Assembly (NCBI RefSeq): GCF_002087085.1
Contig: NZ_MWQY01000008.1
Coordinates: 124,001-188,000 of the forward strand
Direction of reading: 5' to 3'
Length of the DNA stretch: 64,000 bases
Translations under genes and position numbers: made by a program
Notes under the pieces: model-generated
What the model was told of the DNA's origin: nothing
The model's input: the letters and a program-made list of their open reading frames with translations, nothing else
Database searches by the model: none
Shown here: positions 19,622 through 28,639 of the stretch, one piece after another
Position numbering within the stretch: the stretch's first letter is position 1
How the letters are laid out: each line of letters opens with the position of its first letter

Positions 19622-20488
19622 TCAGGGGGCGCCGCCGGTATCGGCGTACTCGTATTCGATTTCGGTAATCTCGCCCCGCCAGTAGGGTTTTTCTCCCCCC
19701 GGAAGCAGCCAGAGGACTTCTCCCGAGAGGGGAATCAGCATGCCCTCCCTCCATTGATAATTGCTCCAGCGTCCCTCCCAGGGAGTGCGCTCCGTTCCGC
19801 CCGCCACCATACGCTCCCGTCCGTCGCTCCAGACCGAGTCTATCAGCCCCTCATCGGTAAAGCGGAAGAGCAGGCTGAGGTCGATTCCTCCATCCTGCAG
19901 GACCGCCCGGGCGCTGGTTCCGTCCACAGCTTCCCAGTGAAGGTTTCGACCCGGCAGCAGGGCCGTGGGGTACCAGGCGGCTTCGGCGAGCCAGCGCATC
20001 AGCTCCCCCCGGGCTATCTCTCCGGATCCCTCAAGCTCAACCAGGGGAATCAGTCCCCCCAGGGAGGCCTTCAGGAGACCTTCGCCATCTATGTAGCCAT
20101 CATGGACCCGGGCATCCAGTCCCGGGAGAATCGAGATCCTGGCGTCCCACAGAAAACCGGGAGGATACACACTGACCCGCTGTTCGGAACTGAAGGCTTT
20201 CCAGTTGCTGCCTTCCTCCGCCATGTTGAAGGTCCCCCGGTGCAGAACCCGGACCCCGGTAAGCAGCGGTACTCCGGGCTCAAGGACAGTGCGAAAGTAG
20301 CGCTGCACCGGTTCGGGAAGCCCCTCGAGCATCTGTGGCCGGTAAAACCCGCTTTCCGGAACCTCCACTGCGCTTTCCATGCCTTCCAGGAGTTTCCGGC
20401 TTTTGTCCTTCCAGCGGAAGCCGGCGATTATCAGACTTCCCGTTACGAGCAGCAGGACTGCTGCGACAGTGATTACCAGATATTTCAT
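19622..20488 (-). CDS. Membrane-anchored conserved protein (DUF6544-like)
   Basis: N-terminal TM; LPEPVQRYF, GELMRWLAEAAWYPTALLP. Confidence 0.7.
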   Translation of the reverse strand: MKYLVITVAAVLLLVTGSLIIAGFRWKDKSRKLLEGMESAVEVPESGFYRPQMLEGLPEPVQRYFRTVLEPGVPLLTGVRVLHRGTFNMAEEGSNWKAFSSEQRVSVYPPGFLWDARISILPGLDARVHDGYIDGEGLLKASLGGLIPLVELEGSGEIARGELMRWLAEAAWYPTALLPGRNLHWEAVDGTSARAVLQDGGIDLSLLFRFTDEGLIDSVWSDGRERMVAGGTERTPWEGRWSNYQWREGMLIPLSGEVLWLLPGGEKPYWRGEITEIEYEYADTGGAP

Positions 20489-20586
20489 TCCACCTTCTCC
20501 AGTCCCTACTTTTGCACCAGGATTGCCTTTCTATCAAGCACTTTTCCTGTTCCCCATTCCCGCCCCTGCAGGTACAATAGAGGCCT

Positions 20587-21294
20587 ATGCAGCAGAGCCC
20601 TCCTTTACGTGAAACAGATCTCTACCCCCCCGTCAAAGCCTGGCTTGAGGAGCTGGGCTATACCGTCCGTGGAGAAGCAGCGGGACTGGATGTGGCTGCG
20701 GTAATTGAGCATGATACGGGAGAAGAGCTTATCGCGGTGGAGCTGAAAAAAGGCCTCTCCATGAAGCTCCTCGCCCAGGCTGTGGAACGGCAGGACTCGG
20801 CGGACGGGGTCTACCTGGCCCTGCCGGCGGAGGGAAGCAGCTTTCCGGAGAAGCTTCGGCCCTACCTCAAGCTTATCCGCCGCCTGGGTCTGGGACTCCT
20901 CCTGGTCCGCTTTTTAAGCCGCCGGGTCAGAATCGATCCGGTTCTGCATCCCGGAAAGGGCGGCATCCGCAGAAACAAACGCCGCCGGTGGGCGATACTG
21001 CGGGAGGTCCGCGGCCGTTCCGGCGACCACACCCCAGGGGGAATCCGGGGCAGGGTTGTAACCGCCTACCGCGAGGAGGCCCTCAGCCTGGCCCTCCTCC
21101 TGAAGGAACACGGTGAGCTCAGCCCCGCGGGCTGCGTCAAACTCGGAGGGCCTGAAAAAGCGGGGAGAATTCTGCTGGACAACCATTACAGCTGGTTCGA
21201 GAAGGTCCGCACCGGGGTCTATCGGCTGAGCGGCGGGGGAGAAGCCGCCCTCGGGGAGTATGCCGACATCGTCCGGCTGATTCGGAAGGAATAA
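20587..21294 (+). CDS. DUF2161 family putative PD-(D/E)XK protein
   Basis: RETDLYPPVK..GYTVRGE, IAVELK, QAVERQ, TAYRE.AL, NHYSWFE. Confidence 0.8.
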   Translation: MQQSPPLRETDLYPPVKAWLEELGYTVRGEAAGLDVAAVIEHDTGEELIAVELKKGLSMKLLAQAVERQDSADGVYLALPAEGSSFPEKLRPYLKLIRRLGLGLLLVRFLSRRVRIDPVLHPGKGGIRRNKRRRWAILREVRGRSGDHTPGGIRGRVVTAYREEALSLALLLKEHGELSPAGCVKLGGPEKAGRILLDNHYSWFEKVRTGVYRLSGGGEAALGEYADIVRLIRKE

Positions 21295-21457
21295 TTCGTA
21301 TCGGAATAATTGGATGTTTATTTATTCAAAAATGACTCAGATACTATGCAGAACCATATGACTACAAATTTGGAGTAAATCACTGTATGATATGGAATCA
21401 TGTAGATAAAAAAAGACATCCTTGATGTAATAAACATACAGGAACAGGAGTATCATA

Positions 21458-23001
<1,544 letters not shown>

Positions 23002-23005
<4 letters not shown>

Positions 23006-24021
23006 GTGATGACAACCGATTTGTCATTTATCGCGATGATAAGCAGGGCGTTCGGGTAGAGGCTCGCATTGAAGAGGAAAGCATCTGGCTGACCCAGCGT
23101 CAGATTGTCGAGCTCTTTCAGACTGCCAAATCAACGGTCAGCGAACATATCAGGAATATTTTTACTGAGGATGAGCTGCTCCCCGAGGCAACTGTTCGGA
23201 AAATCCGAACAGTTCAAAAGGAAGGAAGTCGTGAGGTTTCCCGGGAGCTGGATTACTACAATCTCGATATGATTATCTCCCTTGGGTACCGCATCAATTC
23301 TAAAATTGCTACCCATTTTCGACAGTGGGCCACCCAGAGACTCAAAGAGTACATTGTAAAAGGCTTCACCATGGATGATGAACGCCTGAAGAACCTCGGC
23401 GGCGGGAACTACTGGAAAGAGCTGCTGGACCGTATTCGCGACATCCGCTCCAGCGAGAAGGTCATGTACCGTCAGGTGCTGGAACTCTACGCCACCGCAA
23501 CCGACTATGATCCCAAAAGTGAGGAGAGCCTTCAGTTTTTCAAGATCGTACAAAACAAGCTCCACTACGCCGCCCACGGCCACACCGCCAGCGAGGTGAT
23601 TTATCTGCGGGTTGACAGCGACAAGCCCTTCGCGGGCTTAAGCAACTTTAAAGGCAGTCAGCCCACCCAGGCCGAAGCCATGATCGCCAAAAATTATCTG
23701 AGCGTTCAGGAGCTGCAGGTTTTGAATAACCTTGTATCCGCGTATTTTGATCTGGCCGAACTGAACGCCATTGAACAGCGAGAAATGCGTATGGCCGATT
23801 ATGTACGGGAGCTGGATAACATTCTGGGTTCAACCGGACGCGCGGTCCTGGAAAACTCCGGCAATATCTCCCACTCCCGGGCAGTGGACAAAGCCAGATT
23901 GGAATACAAAAAATACAAAGCCAGGACGCTGGAAAACGTGGAAAAAGAGTACCTGGAAACCATCGCCGCACTGGAAAAACAGGCCAGGAGAGAGAGCCGG
24001 AAAAAGGGCGGTGAGGGATGA
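23002..24021 (+). CDS. RhuM family DNA-binding ('virulence') protein
   Basis: [55 protein letters not shown]. Confidence 0.9.
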
Positions 24022-24830
24022 AAACAAACAAAACGATAATAGTCCTGGACGAAGAAATCCGGGTCACCAAGGATGACTATATTTTACTAACCGACATGCT
24101 ACGCTCCAAGGATGGAAACTTTTTCATCACCGATTGGCTACGAAACCGCAACACTCTTGAATATCTTGGCATATGGGAGAGGGTCCATAACCCCAATTTT
24201 AATTGGGGCGAATTCGCCATAATTAAAAGTCAGGCCGGACTTAACAGGTATAAAATTAGCGTAAAAGAATGGGTGGCCAAAACCAATGCAATTGGAATAC
24301 AGGCTAAAGCCGGACGTTACGGCGGAACCTATGCACATTCTGATATTGCCTTTGAATTTGGAATGTGGATCAGCGCAGAATTTAAAATATATCTTGTTAA
24401 GGAGTTTCAAAGGCTAAAAAACGAAGAGGCTAAGCAGCTCGGCTGGGAGGTTAGACGCCAGCTTACCAAGATAAACTATCGCATTCATAGCGAGGCGGTT
24501 AAAGAAAATCTGATTCCTCCGACGTTGACCAAACAGCAAACCAGCCTTGTCTATGCTACAGAAGCGGACCTGTTGAACATGGCTCTTTTCGGCAAGACAG
24601 CCAGGCAGTGGCGAGAGGAGAACAACGACAAAAGCGGCAATATACGTGATTACGCCAATGTCTCCCAACTCGTTTGCCTGGCCAACCTTGAAACCCTGAA
24701 CGCACACTTGATCCAGCAGAATATGGTTCAGGCGGAACGATTGAAGCTGTTAAACCAGACCGCCATTCAACAGATGCGCCTGTTGACAGAAAGTAACAAT
24801 ATTAAAGAACTGCAGGGCGGTGAGGGATGA
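24018..24830 (+). CDS. KilA-N domain protein
   Basis: WLRNRNTLEYLGIWE, GRYGGTYAHSDIAFEFGMWIS, KINYRIH. Confidence 0.9.
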   Translation: MKTNKTIIVLDEEIRVTKDDYILLTDMLRSKDGNFFITDWLRNRNTLEYLGIWERVHNPNFNWGEFAIIKSQAGLNRYKISVKEWVAKTNAIGIQAKAGRYGGTYAHSDIAFEFGMWISAEFKIYLVKEFQRLKNEEAKQLGWEVRRQLTKINYRIHSEAVKENLIPPTLTKQQTSLVYATEADLLNMALFGKTARQWREENNDKSGNIRDYANVSQLVCLANLETLNAHLIQQNMVQAERLKLLNQTAIQQMRLLTESNNIKELQGGEG

Positions 24831-24866
24831 GGAAGGGAGTCTCACGCGAAGGCGTAAAGAAGATGG

Positions 24867-24934
24867 AACCACTGAAAACACTGAAGACACGGAAAGGGAC
24901 TAACAATTCTGTGTATTCCGTGTATTCCGTGGTT
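24867..24934. repeat. 9-bp-periodic palindromic element, copy 1
   Basis: AACCACTGAAAACACTGAAGACACGGAA...TTCTGTGTATTCCGTGTATTCCGTGGTT. Confidence 0.9.
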
Positions 24935-24954
24935 AAAGCATTGGGAGTTATGGC

Positions 24955-26193
24955 ATGAGCGAATTGAGCTTTATAGAAAGGCTGCTGGATGGGGCCCGGG
25001 TTGAATGGAAGGCGTTGGGGGAAGTTTGCGACGTTTTTACAGGTGGTGAGGCTCCAGAAAACAGTATCAAAGGCTCAATACCAACTAACGACTACAAATA
25101 CCCAATTTATGGAAACGGTGCCGAAATATACGGTTACACAGACACCTATAGAATTGATAAAGATGCTGTAACTATCTCATCTATTGGTGCAAATACCGGT
25201 ACCATCTATTACAGGGAAGCATTTTTTACCCCAATTATTAGGCTCAAAGTATTAATGCCGAAGCAGGAATGGCTAATATCAAAGTACATTTTTCATTATT
25301 TGGCATCTCAAACAATTTATAGCAAGAAAAGCAGTGTTCCAAATATGAACGCTGCGGATGTAAAAAGAATCCAAATCCCCATCCCCTGCCCGGATGATCC
25401 GGAAAAATCCCTGAAGATCCAGGCGGAAATTGTCCGTATTCTGGACGCGTTCACCGAGCTTAGCACCGAGCTTAGCACCGAGCTTAGCTTGCGGAAGAAG
25501 CAGTATGGGTACTATCGGGAACGCTTGTTGAGTTTTGAAGAGGGGACCACGAAGGACACGAAAAGCACGAAAGGGGTTGAGTGGAAGACCTTGGGGGAGA
25601 TAATAAAAAAGTCATACTCTGGAGGGACCCCCACGGCGGGCAATTCAGAATATTACGATGGTGGGACAATTCCTTGGTTGAGAACACAAGAAGTCAGATT
25701 TTCTGATATTGAGAAAACAGAAGTTAAGATAACGTCTTCTGCATTGAAAGATACCGCAGTTAAATGGATTCCTACAAATTGCGTTATTATTGCAATTTCA
25801 GGTGCTACCGCAGGAAGGTCTGCGATCAATAAAATACCTTTAACGACAAATCAGCACTGTTGTTGTTTAGAAATCGATCCTAAAAAGGCATTATACCGAT
25901 ATGTTTTTCATTGGGTAAGTTTAAACTATAATAATCTGAAAGGACTTGGGCAAGGTGCTAGAGGGGATCTCAATTCGGGAATCATAAAGAATTTTCAGAT
26001 ACCTATTCCGTATGCTGATGATCCTGAGAAATCGCTTAATGAACAAGCCCGGATCGTCGCCATCCTTGACAAGTTTGATGCCCTTACCAACTCCATCTCC
26101 GAAGGACTGCCCCGGGAAATCGAATTGCGGAAGAAGCAGTACGAATATTACCGGGATATGTTGTTGAGTTTTCCCAAGCCGGAGGAGGAATAA
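24955..26193 (+). CDS. hsdS: Type I R-M specificity subunit with two TRDs
   Basis: VEWKALGEV, QAEIVRILDAFTEL, RKKQY.YYR..LLSF repeated; type IC-like conserved regions. Confidence 0.95.
   Translation: MSELSFIERLLDGARVEWKALGEVCDVFTGGEAPENSIKGSIPTNDYKYPIYGNGAEIYGYTDTYRIDKDAVTISSIGANTGTIYYREAFFTPIIRLKVLMPKQEWLISKYIFHYLASQTIYSKKSSVPNMNAADVKRIQIPIPCPDDPEKSLKIQAEIVRILDAFTELSTELSTELSLRKKQYGYYRERLLSFEEGTTKDTKSTKGVEWKTLGEIIKKSYSGGTPTAGNSEYYDGGTIPWLRTQEVRFSDIEKTEVKITSSALKDTAVKWIPTNCVIIAISGATAGRSAINKIPLTTNQHCCCLEIDPKKALYRYVFHWVSLNYNNLKGLGQGARGDLNSGIIKNFQIPIPYADDPEKSLNEQARIVAILDKFDALTNSISEGLPREIELRKKQYEYYRDMLLSFPKPEEE
25453..25488 (+). repeat. 3 x 12-bp tandem repeat ACCGAGCTTAGC (TELS)3 in the hsdS central conserved region
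   Basis: Exact triplication; same position as the TAEL repeats of EcoR124I HsdS. Confidence 0.9.
25546..25572 (+). repeat. Left half of the palindromic element, in frame inside hsdS (TTKDTKSTK)
   Basis: ACCACGAAG GACACGAAA AGCACGAAA matches the left arm at 26198. Confidence 0.8.
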
Positions 26194-26197
26194 TGGA

Positions 26198-26797
26198 ACC
26201 ACGAAAGACACAAAAATCACGAAAAAGAATCTTGAATACTTCTTTCGTGTATTTTGTGCATTTCGTGGTAAAAAAAGAGCAGTATGATCAAAGTGATTTG
26301 TTGTTGAGCTTTCCCAAACCGGAGAGGGATTAATGGAACCACAGAATACACAGAAAACACGGAAAAAGAATAATAAAATTTCCGTGTATTCCGTGGTTTC
26401 CGTGGTTAAAAAAGAGCTTGACAAATGAGCAATAAAAAAAGGACTTATTCTTGCAAGCCAATGAGCTGCTTCAAGATTTCAAGACGCTGATTGAGCAAGG
26501 TCGACATAAGGCGGTTGCGGCGGAAGCAATATGAATATTACCGGGATATGTTGTTGAGTTTTCCCAAGCCGGAGGAGGAATAATGGAACCACGAAAGACA
26601 CAAAAATCACGAAAAAGAATCTTGAATACTACTTTCGTGTATTTTGTGCATTTCGTGGTAAAAAAAGAGCAGTATGATCAAAGTGATTTGTTGTTAAGCT
26701 TTCCCAAACCGGAGGAGGATTAATGGAACCACAGAATACACAGAAAACACGGAAAAAGAATAATAAAATTTCCGTGTATTCTGTGTTTTCCGTGGTT
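26198..26797. repeat. Palindromic elements 2-5 (26198-26269, 26337-26407, 26588-26659, 26727-26797) in a 390-bp-period duplication
   Basis: Near-identical blocks offset by 390 bp; each element is preceded by an hsdS-tail copy ending in TAATGGA. Confidence 0.92.
26425..26523 (+). pseudogene. 5' remnant of a second DUF1016 allele (frameshifted, truncated)
   Basis: AAGACGCTGATTGAGCAAGGTCG..TAAGGCGGTTGCGGCGG matches about 26875-26917; A7 instead of A8 near the start; joins an hsdS tail. Confidence 0.8.
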
Positions 26798-26814
26798 AAA
26801 AAAGAGGTCAAGCA

Positions 26815-27861
26815 ATGAGTAAAAAAAAGGATGGTGTAAGCAAGACGAGTCCTGCGGATTTACTTCGCGATGTGAAGACGCTGATTGAGCAAGGTCGGTA
26901 TAAGGCGGTTGCGGCGGTCAACAGTGCGCTTACCGTTACCTATTGGCAAGTTGGCAAACGCATTAACGAAGAGGTGTTGCAGGGCGAACGGGCGGAATAC
27001 GGAAAACAGGTTGTGAAGACATTGGCCAAAGAGCTTGTCATAATCTACGGCAGAAGTTTTGAGGCGAAAAACCTTCGGCGTATGATGCAATTTGCGGAGA
27101 TTTTCCCGGATATTGAGATTGTCGTTCCGCTGGCACGACAATTAAGCTGGTCACATTTTTTAGTATTAATTCCTTTGAAATCACCTGAAGCCAGACTCTT
27201 TTATGCTCGCACTGCCTGTGAATCACACTGGAGCAAGCGGGAGTTAAGGCATCAGATTGAGCGCAAAGCCTTTGAACGCTCCGAAATAGCCGATACCAAA
27301 TTGGCTTTGGCAGAAGCAAATCATTTGAACGGCAACTTCAAGGATCCCTACTTTTTGGATTTTCTAGGATTGAAAGAAGGTTACATGGAGAATGAGCTGG
27401 AAAATGCCTTGCTCAAAGAGCTTGAGTTGTTCATCCTTGAACTGGACAAGGGCTTTGCCTTTGTGGAACGCCAGAAGCGTATGATTATTGATGGCGAAGA
27501 TTTTTATCTCGACTTGCTTTTCTATCACCGGAAACTCAAGCGTCTGGTTGCAATCGATCTAAAAATAGACCGATTCAAAGCTGGATTTAAAGGACAGATG
27601 GAGCTTTACCTGAACTGGCTTGATAAATTCGAACGTCAGGAGGGTGAAGAAGCTCCGATTGGGCTGATACTATGTACGGAGGCGGGCACCGAACAGGTGG
27701 AACTGCTCAACATGCAGAAAGACAACATTATGGTGGCAGAGTATTGGACAAGTCTTCCGCCGAAAGAACTATTGGAGGAAAAACTTCACAATGCACTGAT
27801 TGAAGTCCGCGAACGGTTGGCGGAACAAAAGTTATTAGAGGGAGGTGGCGGATATGCTTGA
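26815..27861 (+). CDS. DUF1016/YhcG family PD-(D/E)XK nuclease-domain protein
   Basis: [51 protein letters not shown]. Confidence 0.92.
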   Translation: MSKKKDGVSKTSPADLLRDVKTLIEQGRYKAVAAVNSALTVTYWQVGKRINEEVLQGERAEYGKQVVKTLAKELVIIYGRSFEAKNLRRMMQFAEIFPDIEIVVPLARQLSWSHFLVLIPLKSPEARLFYARTACESHWSKRELRHQIERKAFERSEIADTKLALAEANHLNGNFKDPYFLDFLGLKEGYMENELENALLKELELFILELDKGFAFVERQKRMIIDGEDFYLDLLFYHRKLKRLVAIDLKIDRFKAGFKGQMELYLNWLDKFERQEGEEAPIGLILCTEAGTEQVELLNMQKDNIMVAEYWTSLPPKELLEEKLHNALIEVRERLAEQKLLEGGGGYA

Positions 27862-27970
27862 TTACAAACCCACCACCGAAGGGCTGCCCCGGGAGATTGA
27901 ACTGCGGCGGAAGCAGTACGAATATTACCGGGATTTGCTGTTGAGTTTTCCCAAACCGGAGGAGGATTAA
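27854..27970 (+). pseudogene. 38-aa chimeric ORF carrying the hsdS C-terminal tail
   Basis: [38 protein letters not shown]; tail nearly identical to the HsdS C-terminus. Confidence 0.75.
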
Positions 27971-27973
27971 TGG

Positions 27974-28181
27974 AACCACAGAATACACAGAAAACACGGA
28001 AAAAGAATAATAAATTTTCTGTGTATTCCGTGTTTTCCGTGGTTAAAAAAGAGCAGTATGATCAAAGTGATTTGTTATTAAGCTTTCCCAAGCCGGAGGA
28101 GGATTAATGGAATCACAGAATACACTGAAAACACTGAAAAAGAATAATAAAATTTCTGTGTATTCCGTGTTTTCCGTGGTT
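27974..28181. repeat. Palindromic elements 6-7 (27974-28044, 28111-28181)
   Basis: Same 9-bp-periodic arms and hsdS-tail linker as elements 2-5. Confidence 0.9.
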
Positions 28182-28197
28182 AAAAAAGAGGTTTTCC

Positions 28198-28578
28198 GTG
28201 AATGAGGTTCTGTTATTTGAAGAAGAAAGCTATCAGATCCGTGGTGCTATTTTTGAAGTTTACCGTGAGATGGGTTGTGGCTTTCTTGAGGCTGTCTACC
28301 AGGAGTGTCTTGAGAAGGAACTAAACAAGCAGAGAATTCCGTTTATTGCCCAACCGGAACTTGAGTTGTTCTATAAGGATGAAAAACTTCAACAAACTTA
28401 CAAGCCTGATTTAATTTGCTATGACCAAATCATTGTTGAACTTAAAGCAGTCAGAGAAGTTTGCGATGAACATCGTGCCCAGTTACATAATTACCTGAAA
28501 GCAACAGGGCTTAAACTCGGGTTGTTAGTTAACTTCGGTCACTACCCAAAAGCAACCATTGAGAGGATAGTTAAATGA
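28198..28578 (+). CDS. GxxExxY protein (PD-(D/E)XK-like nuclease fold)
   Basis: GCGFLEAVYQECL, YKPDLIC..IIVELKAV, QLHNYLKATG..LGLLVNFG. Confidence 0.92.
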   Translation: MNEVLLFEEESYQIRGAIFEVYREMGCGFLEAVYQECLEKELNKQRIPFIAQPELELFYKDEKLQQTYKPDLICYDQIIVELKAVREVCDEHRAQLHNYLKATGLKLGLLVNFGHYPKATIERIVK

Positions 28579-28588
28579 CATTTTATCC

Positions 28589-28616
28589 TTTAGTGTTTTC
28601 CGTGTATTTCGTGGTT
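28589..28616. repeat. Right half of the palindromic element after GxxExxY
   Basis: TTTAGTGTTTTCCGTGTATTTCGTGGTT. Confidence 0.75.
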
Positions 28617-28639
28617 AAAATAAAAGAGGTAAAAAATTA

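Noticed and set aside
515..20704. Long antisense ORFs (515-1588, 3790-4956, 11446-12390, 16546-17451, 19565-20704)
   Set aside because: Shadows of well-supported genes in GC-rich DNA, with no family motifs
25921..26811. Minus-strand ORFs of 167 aa and 60 aa (TTETTEYTE...)
   Set aside because: Antisense read-through of the palindromes and hsdS; no RBS or coupling, unlike the plus-strand mini-ORFs
24955..28107. Invertible hsdS shufflon (phasevarion)
   Set aside because: No silent TRDs, all hsdS fragments are in direct orientation, and there is no site-specific recombinase in the window
26198..28181. CRISPR array
   Set aside because: Repeats are ~70-bp palindromes, the intervening sequences are themselves repeated hsdS tails rather than unique spacers, and no cas genes are present
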